NCBI GenBank assembly: GCA_964587535.1
Contig: CAZPMA010000003.1
Coordinates: 1 to 59,487, forward strand
Direction of reading: 5' to 3'
DNA from: an uncultured Bacteroidales bacterium
GTDB lineage: Bacteria; Bacteroidota; Bacteroidia; Bacteroidales; UBA12077
DNA length: 59,487 nt
Part shown: one piece after another, positions 18,492-29,118 of the stretch
Numbering within the stretch: position 1 is the stretch's first letter
Layout: every line of letters starts with the position of its first letter
Translations under genes and position numbers: made by a program
Notes under the pieces: generated by a model
What the model was told of the DNA's origin: nothing
What the model saw: only the letters and a program-made list of their open reading frames with translations
Database searches by the model: none

Positions 18492-20912
18492 ATGTTTAAA
18501 AATTATTTAAAAATAGCTATTCGTAATATAATTAGACAAAAAGGATACATATTCATAAATGTTCTTGGATTATCAATTGGTATTGCATGCAGTATTCTCA
18601 TATTCTTATTTATCAATTATGAACTTAGTTTCGATAAATATCATGAAAAAAGTGATCGAATATATCGGGTTTACATTGATGGTAAAATAGCAGGGCAAGA
18701 AATTCAAGGTGCATATACATCATCGCCTTTGGCATCAACTTTAAAATCATCTTTCCCGGAAGTTGAAGATGCCTGCAGAATGGAAAAATGGAATGAAACC
18801 GTGGTTAGGTATAAGGAAAGTAATTTTATTGAAGAAGCATTTTTAATGGCAGATTCCAGTTTTTTTAATATCTTTTCGTTCCCATTACTTCAAGGCAATC
18901 CTAAAAATGCTCTGGCGAAACCTTATACTGTCGTTATCTCAGAATCGGCAGCGAATAAGATTTTCAGTAATACAGATCCTGTTGGAGAACTTATTAGAAT
19001 TGGCAGCGATACTAGTTATTACGAAGTAACAGGTATTATGAAAGATATTCCTGAAAACACACATTTCAATTGTAATATGGTTGCTTCAATAATAACTCGT
19101 GGTAACTGGGAAGAAACTGATTGGTTAAGTAACAATTATAGTACTTATCTGCTTTTAAAAGAAGGTACTACAGAAGAGCAGGTAGAAAGTAAAATTCCAG
19201 GACTACTCAAAGAACGTGTTGGACCATTAATTGAACAATTTATTGGTGTTACATTCGATGATTTTCTGGCAAAAGGGAATCGTTACGCCTATTACTTACA
19301 AGCTTTAACAGATATACATCTGAATACAACGATTAAGCATGATTTAAAACCTACTCATGATAAAAAATATGTGTTTATATTTTCCATAGTTGGTTTTATG
19401 ATAATTATAATTGCTTCCATTAATTATATGAATTTAGCAACTGCACGTTCTGCAAGCAGATCTAAAGAAGTTGGAATAAGAAAAGTAGCTGGTTCATCAA
19501 AAGTAATGCTTATTAAACAGTTTTTAAGTGAATCAATATTATTAACATTAATCTCAATATTAATTGCACTTTTACTTGTATTTTATTTACTCCCTCCATT
19601 TTCAAATACAATTCATATTCCACTTAATTTTGAAGTTTTGAATAATTGGTATTTGATTCCCGGAGTTCTGATCCTTTCGATTATAATTGGTGTTTTAGCA
19701 GGCAGCTATCCTTCTTTTTATTTATCATCATTTAAACCAACAGAAGTATTATATGGAAAACTCAAATCAGGGGTTAAAAATGGAAAAATTAGAAGCACTC
19801 TTGTGGTTTCTCAATTTATTATTTCTATTATCCTGATAACAGGTACTATAATTATGTTTAAACAAACCAGTTATATGATCAATAAAAACCTGGGCTTCGA
19901 CAAAGAACAATTGTTTGTTATTAGAAGGGTTCATACCTTAAGAACACAAATAAAATCATTTAAAGATGAAATAAACAAATTACCAGGTGTAATTGCTTCA
20001 ACGCATTCTACAATGGTTCCTGGTTATGAGAATAATAATAACTCGTATTTGATTAATGGAAGACCAAAAGATGAGCTTTATCCTATGAGCACGAACTGGG
20101 CTGATGCTGATTTTTTAAAGGTTTATAATATTAAATTAAAAGAAGGTGCATTTTTAAATAATGAAACAAATTCTAATACACTTAATTGCATCGTAAATGA
20201 ATCCACTTTAAAAGATTTTCATATTGATGATCCTTTCAATACAAAAATTGAGCAATTTACGGATGATGGTACAATCGAGTATAATATTATTGGAATAGTA
20301 AAAGACTTTCATATTAAGTCATTACACGAAAAAGTAACTCCTTTTATATTTTTACCCCAAAACGAAGATACAAATTGGGGATATATAACAATAAGAATGT
20401 CTTCAAATGATATTGCCAGAACAGTAAAGCAAATAGAAGATACCTGGAAAGAATTTACCAATAACGAGATTATGTTATCATTCTTTATGGATAAGGAATT
20501 TGAACAGATGTATAATCAGGAAAAAACAAATTCAAAGTTATCGGTATTATTTGCAATATTTGCTGTTATTATTGCCAGTTTAGGATTATTTGGTCTAACT
20601 TCATTTACAACTGAACAAAGAACGAAAGAAATAGGTATACGCAAGGCATTAGGTTCTTCTGTCACTAATATATTCTATTTAATTTCCAAAGACATTTTAA
20701 AGCTGGTTTTGATAGCTTCTGTTTTTGCAGTGCCAGTTAGCTTTTATCTATTCAGCAATTGGTTAAATAATTTTTATTTCAGAATAAAGTTAAGTCCAGT
20801 TGATTTTATATGGGGTGTAATTTTTACTGCCATAATATCCATATTAACCATAAGTTATTTAGCTCTTCGAGCTGCTAATATGAATCCTTCGACTTCATTA
20901 AGATATGAATAA
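18492..20912 (+). CDS. MacB/FtsX-type ABC permease (duplicated MacB_PCD/FtsX)
   Basis: MFKNYLKIAIRN, NYMNLATARSASRSKEVGIRK, EQRTKEIGIRKALG, ANMNPSTSLRYE. Confidence 0.93.
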   Translation: MFKNYLKIAIRNIIRQKGYIFINVLGLSIGIACSILIFLFINYELSFDKYHEKSDRIYRVYIDGKIAGQEIQGAYTSSPLASTLKSSFPEVEDACRMEKWNETVVRYKESNFIEEAFLMADSSFFNIFSFPLLQGNPKNALAKPYTVVISESAANKIFSNTDPVGELIRIGSDTSYYEVTGIMKDIPENTHFNCNMVASIITRGNWEETDWLSNNYSTYLLLKEGTTEEQVESKIPGLLKERVGPLIEQFIGVTFDDFLAKGNRYAYYLQALTDIHLNTTIKHDLKPTHDKKYVFIFSIVGFMIIIIASINYMNLATARSASRSKEVGIRKVAGSSKVMLIKQFLSESILLTLISILIALLLVFYLLPPFSNTIHIPLNFEVLNNWYLIPGVLILSIIIGVLAGSYPSFYLSSFKPTEVLYGKLKSGVKNGKIRSTLVVSQFIISIILITGTIIMFKQTSYMINKNLGFDKEQLFVIRRVHTLRTQIKSFKDEINKLPGVIASTHSTMVPGYENNNNSYLINGRPKDELYPMSTNWADADFLKVYNIKLKEGAFLNNETNSNTLNCIVNESTLKDFHIDDPFNTKIEQFTDDGTIEYNIIGIVKDFHIKSLHEKVTPFIFLPQNEDTNWGYITIRMSSNDIARTVKQIEDTWKEFTNNEIMLSFFMDKEFEQMYNQEKTNSKLSVLFAIFAVIIASLGLFGLTSFTTEQRTKEIGIRKALGSSVTNIFYLISKDILKLVLIASVFAVPVSFYLFSNWLNNFYFRIKLSPVDFIWGVIFTAIISILTISYLALRAANMNPSTSLRYE

Positions 20913-20938
20913 AAAAAACCCTTTAAAGGGTTTTTTTT
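20911..20938. terminator. Bidirectional terminator
   Basis: aaaaaaaaccct-ttaa-agggtttttttt between convergent genes. Confidence 0.8.
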
Positions 20939-21422
20939 AATCTATAAAACGTGTATCGGATTTTTTATCTCCCATTTTGTTTGATTTCCCTTCTAACCAA
21001 CCTACTTTTTCAACTTTAACACAATCAACATCAGGAATAAAAGGTTTAATATCAAGTAGTGGGGTATTATCTAATACGTCAATATTTTCTATAAATATTA
21101 CATTGCCTTCTATTTTATTTATTTTAACAACCGAGAAACCAATTGGATTAGGTCTTTTGGGTGCTCTTGTCGAGAAAATACCACGGATTTGATCATCCAT
21201 AAATGGCTTTACAATTAATTCATGGTTTTGAATTTTATGAAAATGATAAATTAAAATTGCATGAGAAAATCCATCAAGATCCTTTAAGCCATCAAGATAT
21301 TCATTTTCGAATTCAATAGTTCCTTTAACACCTTTTGCTCCTGTTTGTTGTATAGGCATACCTTCTCTTTTATCAAAAGGTGTTTTGATAAAACCAATAG
21401 GCTTGTATGTAATTTGTTGCAT
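20937..21422 (-). CDS. trmO: tRNA t6A37 N6-methyltransferase TrmO (TsaA)
   Basis: YKPIGFIK, GIFSTRAPKRPNPIG, TPLLDIKP. Confidence 0.88.
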   Translation of the reverse strand: MQQITYKPIGFIKTPFDKREGMPIQQTGAKGVKGTIEFENEYLDGLKDLDGFSHAILIYHFHKIQNHELIVKPFMDDQIRGIFSTRAPKRPNPIGFSVVKINKIEGNVIFIENIDVLDNTPLLDIKPFIPDVDCVKVEKVGWLEGKSNKMGDKKSDTRFID

Positions 21423-21425
21423 AAT

Positions 21426-22637
21426 TTATAATAAAAAAGATATTGGGAAGACATAAGTTACTTCAACAGGTATTTGATCAGAAAAGCCCGGTACCCAAAG
21501 AGGAGAAGTTCTTATTACTCGTTCAGCTTCCTTATTAAACATTTCATTATCACTTTCCAGCACTTCAAAATCTGTTAAGAGGCCAAATTGATTTACCTTA
21601 AATTTTGTCAGAACTCTTCCTTCTATTCCTTTAGATTCAGCCTGCTTAGGATATATTAATGATAAAACAACATGTTCGCTAAACTCTTTTGATGTACCCT
21701 CATTAAATAAAGGCATCGTTTCAACTTTATGGTGTAAGCTTTTTAAATAATTCATCTGATTTTCAAGATCAGTGCATGTTTTAGTACTATCGGATAACTT
21801 AAATGCCTTCGCATATTTTTTTTCAGGATTATTAACATTAAACTCCCACATACCTACCATATTTCCTTCTATAAATTGTCCTTTTACAGCTAACACACCA
21901 TTTCTATCAAACAACCTTATTTGTCCGTGCAACTTACCGTTCAAATAGTTTGTAACAGATATTATATATTTTTCTTCATTATTGAAGTAGTATTCTACCA
22001 ATTCACCACTACCTTCTTTTAAATTGCCTTTATATGATATTTCATCCGCATAATCGTCGTTTACATAAAGATTATATGGTAATCCATTATTATAATCGAT
22101 AGAAAGTATAATATCACCATTCTCATTAAATTTCTTTAAGAATCCATTACTACTATAATCAAAAATCTCCTTAACATTTTGGTTAGGATAATATACTTTT
22201 TTAGTTCCTACTCTATTTCCTTTCTCATAACTTAATTCACAAGCTAAATTTCCATTTTCATAATATCCAAAAGATTTTCCGTTAAGCATTCCGTTTTGAT
22301 AGTTCATCACTGAAATCTGCTTATCATTACTGAAATATTTCCATTCACCTTCCTTTTTCCCTTCCACATATTTTCCAACAATCTTAAATTTCTTACCTGG
22401 AGTATATGTCCATTCTCCAACTTGTTTATTGTTTTCAAACTGGCCTTCGATTTGTTTCTTCCCTTGATACTTATAAACAAAAGGTCCTTGTTTAATATTA
22501 TGATTTTCTTTTAAGACATAGAATATTTGAGATGTTCTAACTCTATCATCAATATTCTTTATTTTCTTTAAGTTATCTTGTGTAACCCCTGTAAAAGCAA
22601 TTCCTAATATTAAAGCTAATAAAATCCACTTCTTCAT
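21426..22637 (-). CDS. Exported MORN-variant repeat protein with C-terminal TonB_C domain
   Basis: Signal peptide; repeats like G.W.YY...G; C-terminal YPKQAESKGIEGRVLTKFKV...FNKEAERVIRTSPLWVPG. Confidence 0.85.
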   Translation of the reverse strand: MKKWILLALILGIAFTGVTQDNLKKIKNIDDRVRTSQIFYVLKENHNIKQGPFVYKYQGKKQIEGQFENNKQVGEWTYTPGKKFKIVGKYVEGKKEGEWKYFSNDKQISVMNYQNGMLNGKSFGYYENGNLACELSYEKGNRVGTKKVYYPNQNVKEIFDYSSNGFLKKFNENGDIILSIDYNNGLPYNLYVNDDYADEISYKGNLKEGSGELVEYYFNNEEKYIISVTNYLNGKLHGQIRLFDRNGVLAVKGQFIEGNMVGMWEFNVNNPEKKYAKAFKLSDSTKTCTDLENQMNYLKSLHHKVETMPLFNEGTSKEFSEHVVLSLIYPKQAESKGIEGRVLTKFKVNQFGLLTDFEVLESDNEMFNKEAERVIRTSPLWVPGFSDQIPVEVTYVFPISFLL

Positions 22638-22696
22638 GATTAATGTTTAATTATTTTAATAAAACCGTGAAATTAGTAAAAATAGCATTATAAAAA

Positions 22697-22722
22697 AAGT
22701 ACAAACTCAATGGTTTGTACTT
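22697..22722 (-). terminator. Intrinsic terminator
   Basis: aagtacaaac-tcaatg-gtttgtactt preceded by an A run (U tail on minus strand). Confidence 0.7.
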
Positions 22723-22743
22723 GCAATATTTTTTTTATTATGC

Positions 22744-23823
22744 TTATCTACCCCGCATATCAGGTATGTTTGTAAAATATTTTGTCCCAATATTTTTAGA
22801 CATATTTTTAGCTCCTTTTTCTGATACCGTTATCGCATGATTCCACCATAATGAAGTTGCTGTGTTTATATCATCACTTCGATAATATCTGTCTTTTCCT
22901 TTGTATACATCATTTGCATATCTATCTCCCATGGAAAATGGGTCATAAATCTCAAAGTAAAATTCATCATCGATTTGCTTGTATCCTTTCACAACAATAA
23001 AATGCCCCCATCCTGTTCCACTGGTAAAGTAAAATTTATCAACATGGTATTCCGCTTCAGATTCGTATGTGATGTAATACATATCTAAGCACAGAATTAA
23101 GATATTTCCTGCATCTATTTCATCCTTAATTATTTGCCTGGTTTCATTCTCATAAACAGATAAATCTATAATACTATGGGGTATAGAATTATCTGACAGG
23201 TAACTATCAATATCTGAAGTATACCACCAACCACCTTCCGGCCTATATGCAGCTCTTGCATCTTCAGGAGTTTTTGTAAAACTTTGATCCGACCACTTTG
23301 CTGCCATAGTTGTTGATGTTGGACCACAGTTTATACTAGAAAAAGTTCCAGTATTTCCCTGGTCAATATACCAACTATACGTTTTGTTTTGACTTAATGA
23401 TTCTGTTTCAAATTGCCCAAGCCCCCATAACACTGAATATGAATTGTTAGTTCCGTATACTTCCCAGTCTTTTGTAACTTTACCGTCTTCTGATTTAACA
23501 GAATATATTAAACACTGATTGTAATTATTTTCGGTTATACCACTTATTTGCGGAACACCATTAATCGTTGCACTGGCACCTTCTGATAATTCAAATTCAG
23601 CTACCACATTATTTACATTGTTTACTTCAAAAGGAAATTCAACTAATACAAACTGGTTATACTCATCTATTTGGGTAACTACATCGTATCCTAATATATC
23701 CAGACTTATTATTCCTGCAATTTCTGGTTTAACAATATAGTCTTCATCTTCAATATCATCTTTTTCACAGGAATAAAGAAACCCAAATAAAAGAAATACA
23801 ATTAAAATATAATTTTTTTTCAT
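22744..23823 (-). CDS. Lipoprotein with Ig-like domain and C39-like cysteine peptidase domain
   Basis: Lipobox LYS-C followed by EKDD; Q..NCGPTS, GHFIVVKG and YDP give a Cys-His-Asp triad. Confidence 0.78.
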   Translation of the reverse strand: MKKNYILIVFLLFGFLYSCEKDDIEDEDYIVKPEIAGIISLDILGYDVVTQIDEYNQFVLVEFPFEVNNVNNVVAEFELSEGASATINGVPQISGITENNYNQCLIYSVKSEDGKVTKDWEVYGTNNSYSVLWGLGQFETESLSQNKTYSWYIDQGNTGTFSSINCGPTSTTMAAKWSDQSFTKTPEDARAAYRPEGGWWYTSDIDSYLSDNSIPHSIIDLSVYENETRQIIKDEIDAGNILILCLDMYYITYESEAEYHVDKFYFTSGTGWGHFIVVKGYKQIDDEFYFEIYDPFSMGDRYANDVYKGKDRYYRSDDINTATSLWWNHAITVSEKGAKNMSKNIGTKYFTNIPDMRGR

Positions 23824-23966
23824 TGAATATTGTGTTAATAATTAAATAAATCATGTCTGTATTACACTGCCCATATTGTATTTATAGGGATAATTGGTTT
23901 TTTATTTTATATATAAAATTACTAAAACTAATTATCTATAATCAAAAAAACCAATATTTTTAATTA

Positions 23967-24560
23967 TTATCCTAATGTGCCAACAACTTCAAACCACACT
24001 TCACCATATCGATCAACAACAACTTTATAATAAGTTCCTTCAAATGAATAATAAACACGATCTTCAATATATACTTTTCTATATCCACGTGGTAGCGCAT
24101 CCACTCTGGCTCCAACAGGTGGTGCAACTGTTATATATTCATTTGAACGGGGAGCGTGTATGTAATATGTGCCATAGTAGTAAAAATAAACACTTGTACC
24201 TAATACAAAACGAATATGACCTGTGGGAACTGAACGCACTCTAACTCCTATTGGAGCTTTAGAAATCACATAATTATTACCAACAGGCTTATAAAAAATT
24301 CCATTGTGATAATGGTACCTTGAACCTGCTAGTACTCTGTTTTTTGATTTATGATGATTAACATTATAAGAATAACCCCAAATGGGCATATCCTTATATT
24401 TCATATGAGGAGTAATATCCTTATGCTTATTCTTTCGATTATTTTGATTAAAATAATTTCCGTTATGATTATTTGGTCTGTGTCTTTGAGCATAAAGAGT
24501 TTGAACTGACAAACCAATCACAACTATCAGAATTCCTGCAACAATATTTTTTGCTTTCAT
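23967..24560 (-). CDS. Exported DUF6515-like protein
   Basis: Signal peptide; repeated YY..G.YY....Y.VV.PP.GA.V..LP.G units. Confidence 0.7.
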   Translation of the reverse strand: MKAKNIVAGILIVVIGLSVQTLYAQRHRPNNHNGNYFNQNNRKNKHKDITPHMKYKDMPIWGYSYNVNHHKSKNRVLAGSRYHYHNGIFYKPVGNNYVISKAPIGVRVRSVPTGHIRFVLGTSVYFYYYGTYYIHAPRSNEYITVAPPVGARVDALPRGYRKVYIEDRVYYSFEGTYYKVVVDRYGEVWFEVVGTLG

Positions 24561-24591
24561 AACTCATGATTTTGTGGTTTACTAATTCAAA

Positions 24592-24607
24592 TTCAATATT
24601 TATGCCA
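24592..24607 (-). promoter_or_regulatory. sigma54-like -24/-12 promoter
   Basis: Minus strand TGGCAT-AAATA-TTGAA, 31 nt upstream of the ATG. Confidence 0.6.
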
Positions 24608-24710
24608 AATTGATAAAGAATTGAATATCAACACACAGAAGATTAGTTCAATACTAACACTAATTCAAATGTTAATTTGAAAATTATAAGCAAATATTTT
24701 CTTCAGGGGC

Positions 24711-27164
24711 TTAAACTTTATCAGAAATTAAGTCTTTTACCTTTTCCGTTAATGAATCAAAGTTAAAATCATCAGGGTAAACCGGTTTTAAGAAGCTCAC
24801 TTTAACTTTTGTGAAAGGCTTTGGAAACCTTGATCCCCTTGGAAGTGCGTCATAAGCTCCGGAAATTGCTACAGGCACAACAGGTACATTTAGCTCTTTA
24901 CTTAAAATAGCAAAAGTTTTTTTGAACTCTCCTACTGCTCCTGTTTTTGATCTGGTTCCTTCCGGAAAAATAATAATTTTCTTACCTTGCTTAAGAACTT
25001 CAGCCATCTTTTGGATAGATTCTTTCAAATCAAGGTTAATATCCATTATAATAACATTGTTCTTATTTGCCATGAAATTTAGAAACTTATTACTAATATG
25101 CTTTCTTTTTGCATAAAAATAAGTTTGTTTAATTACACTGCGTTTTAAAAATGCTGTAACAAACAAACCATCAATATAACTTTGGTGGTTAGGAGTTATA
25201 ATAGCAGGTCCTTCTGGAATATTTTCCAGTCCTTCTCCTTTAAATCGGAAATAAACTTTAAAAATGTTTTTAAATGATTTTATTAAAAAAGTTTGTGTAG
25301 GCCATGTTTTTGGCAACTTAAGATGAATTTTTTCCTTTAATATCTCAGACCAGTTTGGCATTTCCAATTTATGAAACATCTTATTTTCTTTAATATGCTC
25401 CACCATTTGCTTAATTGAAGGGAATTTTATTAAATGATCTTCATCTATTTTAACACCAAAAGTCTTTTCAATAAAATCGATTAATGTGATCTTACCCAAT
25501 GAATCCAATGCAATGTCAAACTCCAGATGATCATCGGGAGAAATAGTCATATCTACCTGACTTTCTAAAAAGGTTTTTATTGCATGGTATTCTTCACACT
25601 TAAGTTGCTCAGTTTGACCTTTTTTCTTTTCAGGTTTATCAAATAACTCAATTAACTTAAAACGCTGAATTTTACCTAATCTCGTACGTGGAATTTCTTC
25701 TTTAATTAAAGCATATTTCATAATACGTTTATACGAAGTAAGCTCCTTATTAAATTCAGGAATAACAGTTTCCTTAAAATATAAATCAAGATTTTTCACT
25801 TCTTTACTTGCAAGCACATCATACTCAGGAATAATAACAGCATGCAGAGAACCTTTATTATTAAAGACACCTGCTTCTCTAACAACATCAATTTTCTCGA
25901 GTTTAACTTCAAGCTCGTTTGGATTAATATTTTTACCATTTGGCAAAACAATTATATCTTTCTTTCGTCCTGTAATATATAAAAATCCATCTTTGTCCAT
26001 TCTTCCAAGATCTCCAGTATACAACCATCCGTCTTTTAAAACTTCGTTAGTTTCTTCTGGTCGGTTATAATATCCTTTCATGATATTTGGTCCTTTGGCA
26101 ACTATTTCACCATCTCTTATTTCAACAGTCAGACCAGGTAAAGCCTGGCCAACTGAGCCTAATTTCACTTTCTCTGGACGAGGAAATGTAATCATTGGAG
26201 CTGCCTCTGTCATTCCAAAACCTTCCAACACATAAAAACCTAATGTTTTAAAAAATTTACCAATTTCAATATTTAACGCCGCACCCCCGGCAACCATATA
26301 TTCAACATGTCCACCAAAACCTTCGTGTACCTTTTTAAAAATTTTATGTGCAAATTTCTTACTTCCAGAAGCTTTAACAATCTTAAAAAAGATTCGCCCA
26401 ATTAATTTAGCATCAATCTTTGCTTTTAGTCCTTTATACAATAATTCATAAAAACGTGGTACTCCAATAATAATATTTACTTTATTATTCTTTAAGGTTT
26501 CCAATATATCAGAAGACTGCATACTTGGAGACATTACAACTGTTCCTCCAACTGCTAATGGAGCTATCATGGATCCTGCCAAAGGAAAAATATGATGCAT
26601 GGGAAGTAGCATCAATACCTGCCTTTTATCTGTAAATATTTTTACCTTCTCTGATACTGCAACTACATTTGCTATCAGGTTTTTAAAACTTAACATCACT
26701 CCCTTAGGGCTTCCGGTAGTTCCTGAAGTATAAATTATAACTGCTGTATCTTCTTCATTATAATTAATTTCCAACTGATCATCTAGAACAGTTTGTGAGA
26801 AATTAATCTCATCAAAATTTATAAATTCAGGTTTATAATTTATTCTCTCCTGAATTTGTCCTATTTTTTCTTTGGTTGTGTTAGTATAAAAAACCAATTC
26901 AGGATTTGAATCATTTAAGATGTAAGAAACATCGTCTGGAGAAGCTAAAAAGTCAACAGGAACAACGGTACAATTATTAGTCCATCCTGCATAAAAAGCA
27001 AATATCCACTCTTCCCTATTTTCAGAGTATATGGTAATCTTTTTGTAAGACTTATCAGAAAATAATTTAGAAAACTGATCGATTTTTTTATTTATCTCTT
27101 TATAAGTATAAGTCTTATCTTTGGTTATAAGTGCTAAATTATCAGCATATTTATTGGTAATCAT
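24711..27164 (-). CDS. Acyl-CoA/ACP synthetase - carrier protein - 1-acylglycerol-3-phosphate acyltransferase fusion
   Basis: YTSGTTGSPKG, GFGMTEAAP, YTGDLG; carrier motif LDSLG; acyltransferase NHQSYID and FPEGTRS. Confidence 0.9.
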   Translation of the reverse strand: MITNKYADNLALITKDKTYTYKEINKKIDQFSKLFSDKSYKKITIYSENREEWIFAFYAGWTNNCTVVPVDFLASPDDVSYILNDSNPELVFYTNTTKEKIGQIQERINYKPEFINFDEINFSQTVLDDQLEINYNEEDTAVIIYTSGTTGSPKGVMLSFKNLIANVVAVSEKVKIFTDKRQVLMLLPMHHIFPLAGSMIAPLAVGGTVVMSPSMQSSDILETLKNNKVNIIIGVPRFYELLYKGLKAKIDAKLIGRIFFKIVKASGSKKFAHKIFKKVHEGFGGHVEYMVAGGAALNIEIGKFFKTLGFYVLEGFGMTEAAPMITFPRPEKVKLGSVGQALPGLTVEIRDGEIVAKGPNIMKGYYNRPEETNEVLKDGWLYTGDLGRMDKDGFLYITGRKKDIIVLPNGKNINPNELEVKLEKIDVVREAGVFNNKGSLHAVIIPEYDVLASKEVKNLDLYFKETVIPEFNKELTSYKRIMKYALIKEEIPRTRLGKIQRFKLIELFDKPEKKKGQTEQLKCEEYHAIKTFLESQVDMTISPDDHLEFDIALDSLGKITLIDFIEKTFGVKIDEDHLIKFPSIKQMVEHIKENKMFHKLEMPNWSEILKEKIHLKLPKTWPTQTFLIKSFKNIFKVYFRFKGEGLENIPEGPAIITPNHQSYIDGLFVTAFLKRSVIKQTYFYAKRKHISNKFLNFMANKNNVIIMDINLDLKESIQKMAEVLKQGKKIIIFPEGTRSKTGAVGEFKKTFAILSKELNVPVVPVAISGAYDALPRGSRFPKPFTKVKVSFLKPVYPDDFNFDSLTEKVKDLISDKV

Positions 27165-27317
27165 ATTTCTCAGCTTTTTATGTCAATACACACACAATCA
27201 AAATATTACATCACTCTATTCAAACAGAGTATTTATTGTTTCAATTCAGGGAGCAAATTTAAAGCTTTTTAGCTTTAATTAGGTTTTATTTCGATAAATA
27301 AACAACTAGGTAAAAAA

Positions 27318-27347
27318 AATGACCGGTTAAAATTTTAGCCGGTCATT
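27318..27347 (-). terminator. Intrinsic terminator of the M14 pair
   Basis: aatgaccgg...ccggtcatt hairpin preceded by A8. Confidence 0.75.
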
Positions 27348-27366
27348 AAAGAAAGGGTTATGTATA

Positions 27367-29112
27367 TTATTTTAAAGATTTAGTCTTTACAATATTTCCA
27401 GCCTTTTGTGATGTATATTCCACTTTAATTTCACCATTGCCAGAAACTAAAAATTGATAATCAATTTTACTATTTCCTTCAACTGTTAAGAATTGCACTT
27501 CAGGCTTATTTTCTTTGTATCTAACTTCATTTGTATACATATTATTTAATACTCCACCAGAAATAACTTTAATATTTTTACCGCTAACTTTTAGCATGTC
27601 CTTTGAATATATATTTTTACGAGAAGCATAAAAGCTCATTGAAGGAATTATTTTCTCATTATATAATCTTACACGCACCTGGTATAAGTTATTATCAAGT
27701 TTTTTCACATCAAAAATATCCATTTTTATTTCAGGTGTTTGCGATGCTGCATACATTACTGCAGATGCGTTCCTATGAACCAAATCCTGCAACATAAAAG
27801 TATGTGGTAAACGAGAACTCATCTTAACCCAACCGCCTATTTCAATATCGCCATAAACAGGGTGATTATAAGGAGTCCAATCTTTAAACAATACGCCATG
27901 CACAACATTATCATTAAACTTCAATCTTTCTCTTTGACGATTAATACTCTCACCAAACATGAAATCCTCTTTTTCTGTTGATTCTTTTTCGCCAGTATTA
28001 TATGTTTCCTGCTCTGTTCTAAAAAGCTCACCTACAAAACTATATGCACCAAATACTCCAAAAGTAAAATCAGTAAAATCACCATATGTAGTATACAAAT
28101 CTTTCCATGAGATTAAATATTCGTATCCAGGAATAATTTTCACAGCGTTTTTACCCAAATCATCATACACTCTAACATCATTAGGGTTTAGTGGACTTAA
28201 TTCTTTCGATCCAGGACCTCTTAGAATCATTCCACCATTATTATGAAATGCATAAACAACAATAATGTTTGGGCGAGCATATAAATAATCTGCAATAGCT
28301 TTTATTCCAGTACCAGAAAAAGGGAAATCGCCTGAACCAGATTGAACATAATTAGGTTGCCAGTTAAAACCCCAGTTTCTGTTTGGATCGACATAGCCTT
28401 CAGAATCTTCATTTATTTGTCCATCACCGTCATTATCAATCCCTTCGCGACCTAAAAGGGTGTATTCTCCCTTTTCACCTTCTTTAACCCGTACCATAAT
28501 TCTTGGATCTTCTGGATCTTGTTTCCATTTTCCAAAAGGATCTTTCATTCTCATTTGGCATATGCTTCCATCACCATCTAAATCATCTGGAAAATCTTCA
28601 TCAAACAGTCCATCACGATCATCATCCTTTGGTCTGCGCAAACCACGGTTTGTACTTGCAGTATTTGCATCCACAAAGAAATGATAACGTCCATCAACAT
28701 TTACACTTGGAATTAAATAATAAGAGTTTTTATCAACTAAATTCTTTATTTCAGGGTTTGTTTTATAATTCTTCAGCAAATAATCTGCAAAATATAGAAC
28801 TACTTCTCCTGCTTGTATTTCATTACCATGAATATTTCCATCAACATAAACACCAGGCTTAGATAATTTATCTCCTGTTGCTTTATTATTAATTTCCAAA
28901 GCCCAAATTTCCCTGTTTTCTTCGCTCTTGCCAAGCATAACAGCTTCTGTTAGATCAGGATAGACCTTATTTAAAGCTTTAATAGCCTGCACAACTTCAT
29001 CGTATGTATAATATTTGTCAAATCGAAGAGGGACATTAATATTCTGAGATGTACTTACTTTTGTTAAAAAAACAAAAAGTATTAATATGATTATTGATAT
29101 TGATTTTTTCAT
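27367..29112 (-). CDS. Exported M14 zinc carboxypeptidase (catalytic motifs intact)
   Basis: GNIHGNE (HxxE), DPNRNW, AFHNN, GELF; acidic DxDGDG insert. Confidence 0.88.
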   Translation of the reverse strand: MKKSISIIILILFVFLTKVSTSQNINVPLRFDKYYTYDEVVQAIKALNKVYPDLTEAVMLGKSEENREIWALEINNKATGDKLSKPGVYVDGNIHGNEIQAGEVVLYFADYLLKNYKTNPEIKNLVDKNSYYLIPSVNVDGRYHFFVDANTASTNRGLRRPKDDDRDGLFDEDFPDDLDGDGSICQMRMKDPFGKWKQDPEDPRIMVRVKEGEKGEYTLLGREGIDNDGDGQINEDSEGYVDPNRNWGFNWQPNYVQSGSGDFPFSGTGIKAIADYLYARPNIIVVYAFHNNGGMILRGPGSKELSPLNPNDVRVYDDLGKNAVKIIPGYEYLISWKDLYTTYGDFTDFTFGVFGAYSFVGELFRTEQETYNTGEKESTEKEDFMFGESINRQRERLKFNDNVVHGVLFKDWTPYNHPVYGDIEIGGWVKMSSRLPHTFMLQDLVHRNASAVMYAASQTPEIKMDIFDVKKLDNNLYQVRVRLYNEKIIPSMSFYASRKNIYSKDMLKVSGKNIKVISGGVLNNMYTNEVRYKENKPEVQFLTVEGNSKIDYQFLVSGNGEIKVEYTSQKAGNIVKTKSLK

Positions 29113-29118
29113 GACTTC

